Source of the DNA: Felis catus
Lineage: Eukaryota
NCBI RefSeq assembly: GCF_018350175.1
Contig: NC_058368.1
Span: forward strand, 202,308,001 to 202,372,000
Direction: 5' to 3'
Length of the DNA: 64,000 nucleotides
Under the pieces are notes generated by a model. It did not search any database. It saw only the letters and a program-made list of their open reading frames with translations, and was not told where the DNA came from. Made by a program: the position numbers and the translations under genes. Below, in pieces: positions 11,877 through 24,469 of this stretch; within the stretch, counting starts at the first letter, position 1, and each line of letters starts with the position of its first letter.

Positions 11877-11944
11877 AAGTGGGGTAATACTTTAATAGAG
11901 TTAATTACTTGGGGACATCTAGGACCTGTCTAGGACTCCTTGGA

Positions 11945-12013
<69 letters not shown>
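11945..12013. repeat. (TG)n(TA)n microsatellite
   Basis: Direct reading. Confidence 0.98.
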
Positions 12014-12019
<6 letters not shown>

Positions 12020-12295
12020 GTGTTACTGTATATGAATGATTTTCCAAGGCTCTGGTGAACACAAAGTTGAAGTAGATATGTCTTTAAAGGAACTTAAATG
12101 TAATGGGGGCATTACACATGTGTGTGAAAATAGTGGACAAGGCAATGTGAAAGGCAGTGCTGAGTTTGGAAGTGGCTACTCCCAAAAATGTGCTAAATTA
12201 GGTGCTCTAAATGAGAAGGCCACTCTTAACTCTACCCGGACCAAAGCAGGATGGAACAACCAAAAGGCAGCCTGCATGTAAGGGACATTTTAAAG
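12020..12295 (-). mobile_element. L2 fragment
   Basis: 'ccaaggctctggtgaacacaaag...tctttaaaggaacttaaatgtaatggggg' matches the L2 3' end in antisense. Confidence 0.5.
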
Positions 12296-13006
12296 TCAGA
12301 GCAAACTGCCTGTGAGGAATGGATCTTACCTGTTGCATAGTTATTAGACCCCTAAGTGCTCTATAAAATATCCTTGATACCTAAAGAGTCTGTTGGCTTC
12401 ACAATGCAAATGGTGAGGAAAATGACCAAAAAACGGTGGCTGTGAAAGAGAGCAACGACATGTTTCTTGGTTTCCTGGTTTGAAATACTCCTCATGTTTA
12501 GTAATAGATGACCTTGTAATAGGATCAAACAGCTAGTGAGTGGCCTAATCAATGGTCCAATTAGCACTAGCTCTCATTCCTCAGTATTGGATGCCTACTT
12601 AAATTTCCCTGCTATTGCAATTGACAAAGAAAGGAGAAACTGTGAAGAGTAAGCTATAGGGGCAGTCTCTTTGCAATGACAGTGACATACAAGATTTTAA
12701 TATGTTTGAACTCTGTGTTAATATTTGGGTACATCTCCGAAAACAAATGTCGTGAACTCCAAGCCACACTGGACGATGTAAAAACACCATATACTACAGC
12801 CCAGTGGAGCCTGTAAATGTAATAGAATTGCATCAGAGAAGTATTCGCTCACTGGAAAAAGCACTTATGCTAACCTCATTTATTTACTTCCTTGTAGCTC
12901 ATTGAGTCTTTCTCTATAAGAAGATAAAATGGAGCAGGGATGAAAGTTGGAGCATATTTGTGTATAGTCTGCATTGATTTTCCTTGTATGGATGTGGTTA
13001 CAATTG

Positions 13007-13091
13007 TTGCAGCTTTATTTAAAAGTATATATAGATATAGATATATATATATAGATAGATATAGATATATATTTTGCAGCTTTATTTAAAA

Positions 13092-13131
<40 letters not shown>
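13007..13131. repeat. (TA)n/(TAGA)n microsatellite with duplicated 20-bp flank
   Basis: ttgcagctttatttaaaagt at 13007-13026 and 13074-13093, each followed by a TA-rich repeat. Confidence 0.95.
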
Positions 13132-13135
<4 letters not shown>

Positions 13136-13959
13136 AAATGGAATGCATCATTCCACTGTGGGTTTGGATTTTCATGAGGAAAAGAAAACAACCAGTGGAT
13201 ATCTACTTTATTCTAAAGTTCTCACAAAATATAAATTCTGCAGAATAAATGCAGGACAAAGTGCTCAAATATAAATATAAGAGGACCTGTAGTTCATTCA
13301 GAAGAACCTCGAGCTTAGTATGAAATTGAATGTGTCGAGATAGGGTTTACTATTAGACACCTCCAACGGTGCGTTGTATTCTTGCTGCAGTTCATTAAAT
13401 ATTCCTATGAGACACTCTAACACTATTTTATGAAGCTCATATTGCCATTTAAGTGTTAACCGTGACTACCAGCAATAGAGGTAAGCAGTGATGACAGTCA
13501 TCATTGATACAAGACAGAGGAAGGAGAATAAGAAAGCAGGAAAGATGGAACGAAGAGGACTATGAGTATCAGTGGGAGAAAACAATACCTTACAGTTAGG
13601 AGAGTTAACTTGCTCAATACAATGATTCAGATACTCATCTACAGCACCAATGGTCATTTCCCAATGGCTGGGAAGCAAGTGCTGCTCATTCCAGTGCTTA
13701 CAACTAAACTCTTGCAAGTCATAAATGCACACTAAAACTACACAGACAGAAATAATATGCTACTTTCTAAATGTTTGCAACAAATCTTTCTGATTTAGAG
13801 TAGCACTCCGGTAAGAGCTCCTACAAATGGTAAGAACAACACCATGACCCAACAGATTAAGTGGGGAAATGGCATAAATAGACACCTATAATGTTTGTAA
13901 TTTTCAAACCTAATTTTTTATTCTATTGGGAAATTCTTAATTAGATAATAAAGATTTGA

Positions 13960-14250
13960 CAGGTATATTGCTAGGCACTGTAGGAGTGGAGGTGACCAGG
14001 ATGGGTTTCTTATTCTCAAAGAACCCCCAGTCACTTTGTTAGGGACAGGAGTGCTAAACATACAAGTTATGATAAAAACACATTAACAGACCATTGAGAA
14101 AAAGCTGGAAAGGGTATCAGCAGGATGTTCCTAAAAAGAATCGTCAAGTAATGAAGTGGTCAGTGATAGGAAAGTGTATGGATTAGAATGACGCTTCAGG
14201 TAAAAGAAGCAAATAGTGAAACATGTTTGTTTTAGTAAATGTGGAAGTCT
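13960..14250 (-). mobile_element. L2 fragment
   Basis: 'ttgctaggcactgtagg...ttattctcaaagaacccccagtc'. Confidence 0.5.
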
Positions 14251-15736
14251 TTGGACTAAAACTCTAAATAGTTAATTGCATTAGAGTTTTCGACTCCCTC
14301 CCAGGCTCCCTCTGTGCCTCTGGATAACTGTAGATAAGAAAAACGTCACCATGAAGAGAAAACATACCACCCACCTGAATCTTAATTTCCATGTGTAACA
14401 AAACCATGTAATACAGATATTTGAAAGGTTGAATTTTCGAAAAGTGATATTTGACAGTTCAGAAATCAGAATAGGAGCCATCTGGGCCATAAATTGTGCC
14501 ATAAACTTCAAAAACAGTAGAACTACTTCCCTCTGACAGTGAATAATAAAATCACACATAGGTAGTGATCTTTCATGAAACAAAATTTGGATGCTGGATA
14601 AGTTTTGAAAATAAATTTCTTGTTTACCTATTATACAATTAAAGAATTGTTTAATATAACTTATGTTTTTTCAATTGTTGTTGGAGGCAGTGTTACAAAT
14701 TTTGGAGTATTGGAGTATGAATGTATGGATAGTCTTTCCTAAGAAGTAATTTCCTAATTGAGAAAGGAGTATGGAGAGGATATATAGATGACTTCACAAA
14801 AAATAATATACCTATATATGCACAGGTTATATATTAATAAGTTAAACATTATTTCTCTCTCTGGATACTTTGCTGGCTCACATATCTTCATGGTTCCTTG
14901 AAGCTGTGATTAATTACTTCTACCTCCTTCTTAGCTTTCAAATATAATTATCTTGAATAGCACTTATTTCTGGTTGTTGTATACTGTGTTGGTGGATAAT
15001 GGAAATGCAAGTAGGCTGAAATTTTTGTATGAGGTTTTAGGAGACAAAAGGAGCTTTTAAAATGTGATCTTGTTATATTTTGAGGTCAGAACTTTTGCTT
15101 CCCCCACCCAGACGTGTACTTCTTCAATTTAGTAATGAAAGCAATAAAATGCTCTTCGGTTGTTATTTTCGCTGCACTTATCCAACTTTTCAGCAAAGAA
15201 AATCACTTATGCTAATGTAGAATTATATGCTGCAAATCTTGTGATCTGTATCTTCTCCTCCCATATTATGGGAGTTTTTTTTCACAATCCATTTCATTAA
15301 CAACTGATGTTAAATAGCGTTCTCACGCTTTACGTAATGGTGTCCTGGCTACCTAATAAATCTCCCACCAATTTTTTTCTTAGTGTCTGTCATAAAGTGA
15401 TGAAAATATATCATTATTTTCATTTTTTTAAACTATATCTTGCTAATCAATATAAGGACCTCATATTCTAATTACATTAAAATCTCCTTGACTTCACATC
15501 TCTTCTCTAAAGATTGATACAATTCTAGGTGAATTGAACCTCAGCATGTTCAACTGTATTTACATTTTTGATGAAAATCTCATATATTCCTAGGTATAGA
15601 AAATTAAATAGCTCTGCACAGGGTTAGAGCCCAGGATTCAGGGCCCTGCTCGGTCCCTCCCGTTCCGAGTTTCATGTTCATCTGAAAACACTTCCCGCTT
15701 GTCAAGCTGTTTGCTTGAACATATGCCTTTAAATTT

Positions 15737-15957
15737 TTTTCTTTTTTTAAATTTTTCTTAATGTTTATTCATTTTTGGAGAGAGAGACAGAGCACGAGCA
15801 GGGGAGGGGCAGAGAGAGGAAGAACCAGAATTCGAAGCAGTCTCCAGGCTCCGAGCTGTCAGCACAAAGCCCGACGCTGGGCTTGAACTCATGAACCATG
15901 AGATCATGACCTGAGCTGAAGTTGGACACTCAACCAACTGAGCCACCCAGGCGCCCC
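15737..15957 (-). mobile_element. Can-SINE
   Basis: Perfect TSD atgcctttaaattt at 15723-15736 and 15959-15972. Confidence 0.96.
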
Positions 15958-16299
15958 AATGCCTTTAAATTTCTAAATATTATGCTTACAATGATATTTG
16001 ATGTTATTTTTCAGTTTTAGGTAGTATCTACTGATTTCCCAGAAAAATGGGGATCTAGTTCATTTACACTATCCTCCCAAAAATGTATGTTTTTAATTTA
16101 TTTTGTTTCCTTGATGAGTTTTATATCATATAATTTTGTTTAGATCACAATTCTGAGTTTACCTTATTAAAATTCTGTAAGTATTATCCACAACTGAATC
16201 AATAGTGTATGCTTATTTCATTTGTTTGCTCTTCTAGGAGTTACTAATTGTCTCTTTTTTTTTTTTTTTTACTTGCTCAATTCTTTATTCTATCATCAG

Positions 16300-16895
16300 T
16301 TGATCACCAAATTCTCTATAAGAGACCACATCACCTCTTCATGTGTGCTAACAAACTTGGAAATTAGTAAAATTTATCTTATTTTTCCTTAAGGATATTC
16401 CTCTTGAAACACTGTCTCCTTTATTTGGTCTAGTATAGATGATCTTTCAGTCTGCAGCGCGAATGATATCATTGATTTTCCTTCATCTCTGTCATGGGTC
16501 AGAGCCCATGTATCCCGGAGCCAGTGCCTTCCGCTTCATTCAGTTTCTTTTTTTTGTTTCGTTGGAGTGATCATGATTCTTGACAAAGGATTCAGGGATA
16601 ATCACTTTTTTGAGAAATTGTATGCCTAATTAAATACTCATTATACGCCTATGAATAAATGACAGTATTGGTATTTATATAATTCTAGTCTGGGAATCCT
16701 TTTCCTTTAGCATCATGAAAACATTGTTTCATTGGCTTCTAATTTCTAATGTTGCAGCTAGAGAAATCCAATGCCATTCTGGTTTATTATTTCTATAGGA
16801 ATTGATTCTTTTCCTTCTGGAAGATCTTAGTGTGTTGACCCCAATATTCTAAAATTTCACTATGATATAATACAGAGTGGATTTATATATTCTTA
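16300..16895 (-). mobile_element. Old L1M/HAL1-type fragment
   Basis: 'ataattctagtctgggaatccttttcctttagcatcatgaaaacattgtttcattggcttct...gagaaatccaatgccattctg...ttctaaaatttcactatgat'. Confidence 0.6.
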
Positions 16896-16911
16896 AAAAA
16901 AACTCTTTTAT

Positions 16912-17106
16912 GGGCATCTGGGTGACTCACTTGGTTGAGTGCCTGGCTCTTGATTTTGGCTCAGGTCACGACCTCAAGTTCATGGGATTGAGCCCTATGT
17001 CAGGCTCTGTGCTAACAGCATGGAGCCTGCTTGGCATTCTCTCTCTTCCTTTCTCTCTGCACACTGACCCCCCCCCCCCCCAATAAATAAATAAACCTTT
17101 AAAAAA
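16912..17106 (+). mobile_element. Can-SINE (older)
   Basis: gggcatctgggtgactca head, 'caggtcacgacctc', aataaataaataaa tail. Confidence 0.9.
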
Positions 17107-17139
17107 CCTATCCTAAAATATTAGTATATTTAAAGAAAA

Positions 17140-19645
17140 AATTTGAAGATAGTACAGAGTTCCCATATACCCCATACCCAGTTCTTCTGTTATTAACACT
17201 GTATATTAATATGGCACATTTGTTACAACCCATGAATCAATATTCATACCATTGCTATTAACTAAATTACATGCTTTCTTTGTATTTCTGTTGTTTTTAC
17301 CTAATGCCATTTTCAGTTCCAGAATCCCATCCAGGATACCACATTATCTTTAGTAGTCATGTCTTCATGGGCTCCTCATGGCATCATAGTTTCTGGGACT
17401 TTCTTTGTTTTCATGAACTTGAGTTTTGAAGAGTCCTGGTAAGGTATTTTGCAAAATGTTCTTCATTTGGAATTTTTTTTTGATGTTTTTCTCATGATTA
17501 GACCAAGATTATGGTTTTGAGGCAAAGACCACAGGGATGAAGTATCATTTTCATGAAATCATATCAAATTTTACATCATCCAATGTTGAGGTGGTTAAGG
17601 TGGTGTTTTTCAGGTTACTTCGCTGTAAAGTTATTCTCTTTTCACTTTTTCTATACTGTACTCTTTGGAAGAAAGTCACTATGCACATCTTTCAATTAAT
17701 GAGTAAAAAGTTATGCTAGCCCCTCCTTGAGGGCAGAATATTGGCATTAATTATTTGAATTCATCTGCATGAGAGAGTTGTCTCTTCTCTCCCATTTATA
17801 TTGATTTAATCATTTATTTAGATCACTATGGACTAGCATACATTTATTTTATACTTTGATGTGTCATTCAGTAGTACAGAATTTATTTTATCATGCCCAC
17901 TTCCCCCCCCCTTTTTTTTTTTTTACTGTTTTGCTCTTGGAAGCTCTTTCAGTTGACTCCTGTGTCACTTTGACATACCTTACCATACTGGGTACTATTT
18001 TTTGGCCTTTTCCTACTTTGTGGGATTGGAATATATTTCAGGCTCATATCATATATTTCCTTCCCTGGGCAAAGAATCAACTGATTCTTCAAGGATCTCT
18101 GGTTCATTTTATTGAGAATGATATTAGAAACCAAGATCTAGGGACTGGGTGTGCTTAAGGCTAGTGGGGATCATTGTTTCTAGTCTCTCTAAGCTGACAT
18201 TACAGGCACATATATGTGTAAGTATTATCCATGCATATGACATATCTATTAGTATACCTATTTGTAACCATATTGATGTCTTGATCCATTCTAGCCTTCT
18301 CCACTTATCTGCAAACTCCTGTTTAAACAGTGGGAAGTCTGGCTCTCACAATCTGCCATTCATTTGATTATTTGCTAAATTTCAGTAAACACATGTAGCA
18401 ATATTAGAATTGTTAATCCATAGTCTCATGGATTATACTTTATCAGCTGGAGTACAGGTTATTTTCACTCTGGTCTTATTCAACTCATTTGCAAAGTTAC
18501 TTAGATTGGCACCTTTCTGTCACCACCCCCCGTTCTCTTAAGTGAGGTTGTTTCATAGATTTGTAATACAGTTAGATTGCTTTCTTGTATTTTGTGCATT
18601 ATTCATTCCATTCTGGAATTCTCCAACATCCTGAATACCTTTAAAAATTTGCATGTGGTAAGATTCATTTCTTGTGCTGCAAACTTCTGTGGGTTTTGAT
18701 AAATGTGTAGTGTCGTGTATCCAGCATTACACTATCATACAAAATAGTTAAGCCACTCCCCAAAATCTCTTGTTTTGCCCATTCAACTCTCTTTCTCTGA
18801 ACTCTTAAAAGTTTATTCATTTTTAATTTTTTTAATGAGAGAGAGAGACAGAGTGCGAGCAGGGAAGGGGCAGAGAGAGAGGGAGACACAGAATCCACAG
18901 CAGGCTCCAGGCTCCGAGCTGTCAGCACAGAGCCCTATCCGGGACTCGAACGTACAAACCGTGAGATCGTGACCTGAGCCGAAGTTGGACATTTAACTGA
19001 CTGAGCCATCCAGGTGCCCCTCTTCCTCTGAACTCTTGTAAACGTGTTCTTTTTACCATCTCTATCGTTTTGCCTCTTCCAAAAGATCTCATAATTGAAC
19101 TTCTACAGTATGTAGCCTTTTCAGGCTGACTTCTTTCACTTAGCAATATTTATAGAAGATTCATCCATGTTTTCCGTGTCTTGATAACTCATTTGTTTCC
19201 ACTGATGAACAATATTTAATTTTATAGATGTCCAAACTTTGTTTATCCACTCACCTATTGAAGGACATCTCGGACACTCTCAATTTCTGGTCATTATGAA
19301 TAAAGCTGCTCTATAAACATTCGTGTCCAGAATTTTGTGTGGAGGTAAGTATTTAAATCATTTGGGTAAATACCTAGCATCATGATAAAACTATCTTTAG
19401 GTCTGTAAGAATCTACACACAGTCTTCCAATAACTGTACCATTTGTCTTCCCACCAGCAATGAGTTAGAGTTCCAGTTGCTCCCATATCCTCGCCAGCAA
19501 TTAACATTGTCAAATTTTTGGATTTTAGTTATTCTATTATGTATGAAATGATGTAAAACATTGTTTTAATGTGAACTTGCCTAATGACAAATGATGTTGC
19601 TTATATTTTCATACAATTTACTTGTCCACTGTATATCACTTTCCT
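17140..19645 (-). mobile_element. Old L1 (L1MC-type) long 3'UTR + ORF2 3' end, interrupted by a SINE
   Basis: 'gagttcccatatacccc...ttgttacaa', 'cttttcaggctgacttctttcacttagcaat', 'cccaccagcaatgag...gttccagttgctcccatatcctcgccagca'. Confidence 0.85.
18807..19020 (-). mobile_element. Can-SINE nested in L1
   Basis: TSD tctt[t/c]ctctgaactctt at 18790-18806 and 19021-19037. Confidence 0.96.
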
Positions 19646-20292
19646 GGGAGATACAAGCGAGCCGAAGGGAGGCAGAGGGAGCACAAAGATGGTGTCCACT
19701 AGCCTCTGTCCCCAGAGATTATTTTGGGAAACCCCTAGATGTATGTTAAACTAGATGCTTGTCCCTCAGAGGCCAGTGCTTTAAGAAAATCAAATGAGCC
19801 TCTTTCACAGTAAGTCTGGGTGCTTTTCGATTAGCTGCCTCTGCACTGGCCTCTGAGTCAGATGAGTCCCTGTGCAAGAACCTTTCATTGTTTCTTAGTT
19901 TGCTATCTCCTGTGGTCTCATGAATGCAAGCCCCACTGGCTTTCAAAGCTACATATTTTGGAGGCTCATCTCTCAGGTGCAGGTCTTAAAATTTGGGGTG
20001 CCTTATATGAAGTTCAAATCCTTTGCTCCTCATGGAAAAGCTCGGGGTTTTGAGTTCCATCCAATTGTGGGTTACTGTGCCGGGGGTGGAGTGGGTGGTG
20101 AGACTGTCTCAGCCTCTCTCAGCCACTCCAGTGTAGGTTTTATCTCATTTGCCCGATGGGTAGGTACCACTAACTTAGTGCTAGTTTTTGTTTTTCAGAG
20201 GAAATTTTTCCGTATGTAGCTACACATTCAGTGTGTTCATGAGGGGGGATGACTTTAGGATCTTCTTACATCACCATTTTGAACTAGAACCT
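19646..20292 (-). mobile_element. L1 5'UTR (carnivore/laurasiatherian type)
   Basis: 'ggctcatctctcaggtgcaggtcttaaaa...tttcagaggaaatt...tatgtagct...aggatcttcttacatcaccattttgaac', ending in a decayed YY1-type motif (ttcaaaatggtg on minus). Confidence 0.75.
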
Positions 20293-21774
20293 GATTTTGA
20301 AATTCTTTATAGGACATTCTTATTGGAGAAATGCACTAGACCCTCCATAGCCTTCAATTTCTTTTCATTAATTATATACATTAAAATAGATAGCTTATTT
20401 TCCCAATTTATTTAACTTACCCTTCCATTAATTCACTTTTGCTGTAATTCTGGTTTTTTTCTTCTTGCCACTCAATCTGATACTGGATACCTGGCAATAG
20501 TTTTTTTTTTATATTTTATTTTTTCTCCCTTTCTTTTTTTTTTTTTCAGTTTTAGTAGGTATGTAGGGGAAAGTACTTGATAAACTAACGCAGAAAGACT
20601 GCATCTCTTAAAACCGCTCCGGCAGCCACCTCTCGCATATTGGACAGTGGTTTTAGTAGCTTTACTTAATCAATGGCAACCTCCTGTAGATTTTCAGTTC
20701 CAGTAAGTCATTCCTACCTTTCTGTCCAGTCTCCTTCATGTTTGCTCCAATCTTATGTCTTCCCATCCTGGTAATATTATATCAGCAGCTGTAAAGCCAG
20801 CATTGCTAAGCAACTTTATGTGAACAAACATGGTATTTTCTACTTCTGTATCACAGAGTTACCCCCACATTCTCAAGCCGCTTATGAGTAATAGCCTAAA
20901 AGTTACTTAAGAGAGACAGGGCTCCTGTCGAATATAATAAGGTCACTACAGAGGATCAATTTTCCATGGGCCACGCTTTATGAAATGCAACTCTGATTCT
21001 TATAAATATTCCATTTATCCAAACCACATATACTGCTCTTTAGATATAATAAGATAATGGAGTCTTATTTTTAAAGGAAACAAAAATTTAATAATGAAGG
21101 CAGAGTTTGTGCATTTAGCAAGATTATAATGGAGGGCGTGAAGTAAATAAACATAAGTAGTGGATAGACACTTCTATTATTTTCAATTTAGCCTTCAAGT
21201 GACTAGTTCAGTACATGTCTGTTTGGTCTTTTCACTTTCAAATCCGCCTAGTAGGATAGAAATATTAATTTTCTTTGCAGATATTAAAATATTCTGAAAT
21301 AACTTCCCTGCGCCAGCAGTTCTGAGTAAGTTTATTGTAATACACAAGCAAAGAGAGCCTGGAACAATGGCAATTAAATGAGAATTAGGATACCTATATT
21401 TATTATTCAATTTCAGTATCATTTTGCAAGATGAATTAGAGCAAAGCATTTTATTTCCTCACAATTCCAGTTTTCAATCTGTAAAATGGGAGGGCTGTTA
21501 GTGTTTTCTAGATGATGTTTCTCATAAATCAGCTTTATGAACAGAGAACGAAGAGTACAGCATAAATTCAATGTATTTAGAGAAATTATTCTAATGCCAG
21601 CCTACTCCCAAATTATGGTAGGCTTTTTTTGGAAACTGATTTCAGCCCTGCACATTAATATATTTGCATTGGGTAGGAAGTCACATAATTCAGCTATTTG
21701 TTGGGTATTGTAAATACAGAACAAAGTAAATTTTGTTCTGTAGCATAGTCTGTTGGTGTAGTTTAAAACATCTC

Positions 21775-21988
21775 TTTAATTTTTTTCATGTTTATTTGTT
21801 TTATTTTGAAAGAGAGAGAGGAAGGAGCAGAGAGAGAGGGAGAGGGAGAGAGAGACGGAACCCCAAGCAGGTTCTGTGCTCTTAGCACAGAGCCCAACGT
21901 GGGGCTCTATCTCATGAACCTGTGAGATAATAATCTGAGCTGAAATCAAGAGTAGGACACTCAACCGACTGAGCCAGCCAGGCACACC
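21775..21988 (-). mobile_element. Can-SINE
   Basis: T-tail, (GA)n, 'ctgagctgaaatcaagagt...gactgagccagccaggcac'. Confidence 0.93.
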
Positions 21989-22014
21989 TAACACATCTTA
22001 TTAAAAGGGACTCT

Positions 22015-22211
22015 GGGGGAACCTGGGTGGCTCAGTCAGTTGGGCCTTTTGATTTCAGTTCAGGTCATGATCTTGTGGTTTGTAAGTTCAAGCCTCACAT
22101 TGGGCTCAGTGCTGACAGTGCAGAGCCTGCTTGGGATTCTCTTTCTCTCTCCCTCTCTCTGCCCCTCCCCTGCTCTCTCTCTTTTAAAATAAATAAATAA
22201 ACTTAAAAAAA
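22015..22211 (+). mobile_element. Can-SINE
   Basis: TSD taaaa[g/t]ggactc at 22002-22013 and 22212-22223. Confidence 0.93.
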
Positions 22212-22773
22212 TAAAATGGACTCATATCTTTGAGGACCTGCAGCCACTATTTAGGAATCTTCATCAAAAGTGACAATATTACAAACACAAAAACCACAAA
22301 CAAACAAGGGAAATAAATAAAACCAGATTAGTTTAGAAAGGTGCTTTATATCAATTCCTTGTCCAGATAGCTAGAATAGTTTTACCAGTTGACAGTCTTA
22401 TGTATGGCAAAATTCTGAATCTTAGCTTGCAAATATGTTAATAATGTGGCAGAACATTATTATTATTAAAGATGTTCAATGGGTAATTCTATCCTGCGAC
22501 AGGAAAAATACAGTGAAATGAAACTCGAATATGCCACCGATTCCCAGTGTCCCTGTGCAAGGAAAATTTCCTACTCCCTATCCTTGATGAACCTTCATGT
22601 AGTGTGGTCCTCTGTGAACCTCTTCTCTGAATCGGTCATAGTAATCTGAGGGTATTGTCCAACAGTTGAACTATCCAAGTCCTCCTCCCTGTTGATATGG
22701 TTACTTTGATAGCTGTAGTACTGCTCAGCAGTCGCTGTCCTCTGCTGGTTCTCTTTAGGCGTTCTTCTCATGG

Positions 22774-22910
22774 AACAAATGTACCACTTGGTGCAAAATG
22801 GCGACAGTGGGGAAGGCCATGCATGTGTGGGGTCAGGGGGTGCATGGGAACTCCGTACCTTCTTCTCAGTTTTGCTATGAACCTAAGGGTTCTTTAAAAT
22901 AGAGTGTATT
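22774..22910 (+). mobile_element. Old L1 (L1MB/L1MC-type) extreme 3' end
   Basis: 'aacaaatgtaccact...ggggaaggccatgcatgtgtgggg...atgggaactccgtaccttcttctcagttttgctatgaaccta'. Confidence 0.8.
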
Positions 22911-23120
22911 GGGGCGCCTGGGTGGCTCAGTTGGTTGAGCCTCCGACTTAAGCTCAGGTCACGATCTCGCGGTCCATGAGTTCGAGCCCCGCGTCGGCTC
23001 TGGGCTGATGGCTCAGAGCCTGGAGCCTGCTTCCCATTCTGTGTCTCCCTCTCTCTCTGCCCCGCCCCTGTTCATGCTCTGTCTCTCTCTGTCTCAAAAA
23101 TAAATGAACGTTAAAAAAAA
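22911..23120 (+). mobile_element. Young Felis-type Can-SINE
   Basis: CpG-rich; perfect 16-bp TSD taaaatagagtgtatt at 22895-22910 and 23121-23136. Confidence 0.97.
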
Positions 23121-23255
23121 TAAAATAGAGTGTATTAATTTAAAAAAAGATGTAACTCTGCAAGTAGCACAGTTAATATAATTTTTAACATTTGACTATA
23201 AAATAATTTCACTATTTTATTTCTCTGCAGACTATATACATAGATTGTCCAGTAA

Positions 23256-23298
<43 letters not shown>

Positions 23299-23302
23299 CA
23301 CA
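23256..23302. repeat. (CA)n microsatellite
   Basis: Direct reading. Confidence 0.97.
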
Positions 23303-23328
23303 TTATATATCTTTTTACTTCATGTATA

Positions 23329-23678
23329 TGTTATGGACTAAATTATGTTTGCCCCAAATTCATATGTTGAAGCTCTAACCCCCAATGTTACTCTGGAAAT
23401 CGGGCTTTTAGGCAGGTAATTAAGGTCAAATGAGGTCATAGAGTGGAACCCCTAATCCAAAAGGACTGTTCTCCTTATAGAAGGAAGAAATACCAAGAGA
23501 GTGCATATAAAGAGAAAAGGCTATGTGAGGACTTACCAAGAAGGTCTCCGTCTGAAAGCCAGGAAGAGAGGTCTCACCAGAGAGCAATCCTGCCAGCACC
23601 TTGATCTCAGAGTTCCTGTTTCTAGAATTGTGACAAAATAAATTTCTGTTGTTGAAGCCACACAGCTCTAGACTAATT
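23329..23678 (+). mobile_element. MaLR solo LTR (MLT1A/B-like)
   Basis: 'tgttatggactaaatt...ccccaaattcatatgttgaag...aaatgaggtcat...ctgccagcaccttgatctc...aaataaatttctgttgttgaagccac'. Confidence 0.9.
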
Positions 23679-23764
23679 GTATATGTATGTATATAGTATA
23701 CCTGGTCAAGTACATGATCTAAGCAACTTGAACCACCAGATTCTTATTACAGTGCTGCTTTGGT

Positions 23765-23996
23765 GATGCTGACAGGAGCAGCATAGAGAGAGGGAGGAGA
23801 AGATTCTGTCTCTATTCTCATCTTCCGGTCTAATATCCCCTTCTGCCCAATTTATCTAATGTCTCATATTGGCTGAATTAAAAAGGAAGCCAGCTGGCAA
23901 AGCAGAGATATAGTTTACAAAGTCCCAGGACAGAGTCACAAAGCAAAATATGAAGGAGACAATATGGAGCTAGGAGACAGTAGCTTAATAATCACA
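23765..23996. mobile_element. Ancient LTR fragment
   Basis: 'ggaagccagctggcaaagcagagatatagtttacaaagtccca...ggagctaggagacagtagcttaataa' resembles a recalled old eutherian LTR terminus. Confidence 0.55.
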
Positions 23997-24469
23997 TTAT
24001 GTAACGATAAAGTTAATTGAAAAGTAATCTAAAATGGTAGCACAAGGGCTATAAATTAGGTATGGGATGAATTTATAGATAGTAAAATTTGCACATCGAA
24101 ATGAGTTATTAGGAATACTCTGCTTAGTAAGAGGATATTAATATATAATCTTTCTCTGGAGATCTTTAAAAGCAAGAGATAGTTTAAGTCTGTTGGATGG
24201 TTTACTACTCTTCTATCTTCAGATAGGGAAACATCATTTTTCAGATCTCTGACTCTACTATCCTTAACCTATACACCTGCTAACTGTAAGGAAGTCATCC
24301 TTATTGATGGAGTCTTCCCTTGATTCACTGAATATATATACTCCTGTTATAAGCAAGGGAATATGATACAAGTGTATATTGTATATAAACCTTACCTTCG
24401 AGATGTTTAGTTTATTGGATGAAACCATCTGTGTTCCTAAGTAGATAAAATATGAGGTACTATATTTTG

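Noticed and set aside
12676..12816. 46-aa small ORF MTVTYKILICLNSVLIFGYISENKCREL... with hydrophobic N-terminus
   Set aside because: Length is at chance level; no promoter, homology or splice support.
20550..20708. Poly-T acceptor plus gtaagt donor and a CTCF-like core; similar splice-like pairs at 34433-34520 and 40990-41156
   Set aside because: Internal competing AG/GT sites, stops in the frames checked and only partial motif matches; such pairs are common in AT-rich DNA.
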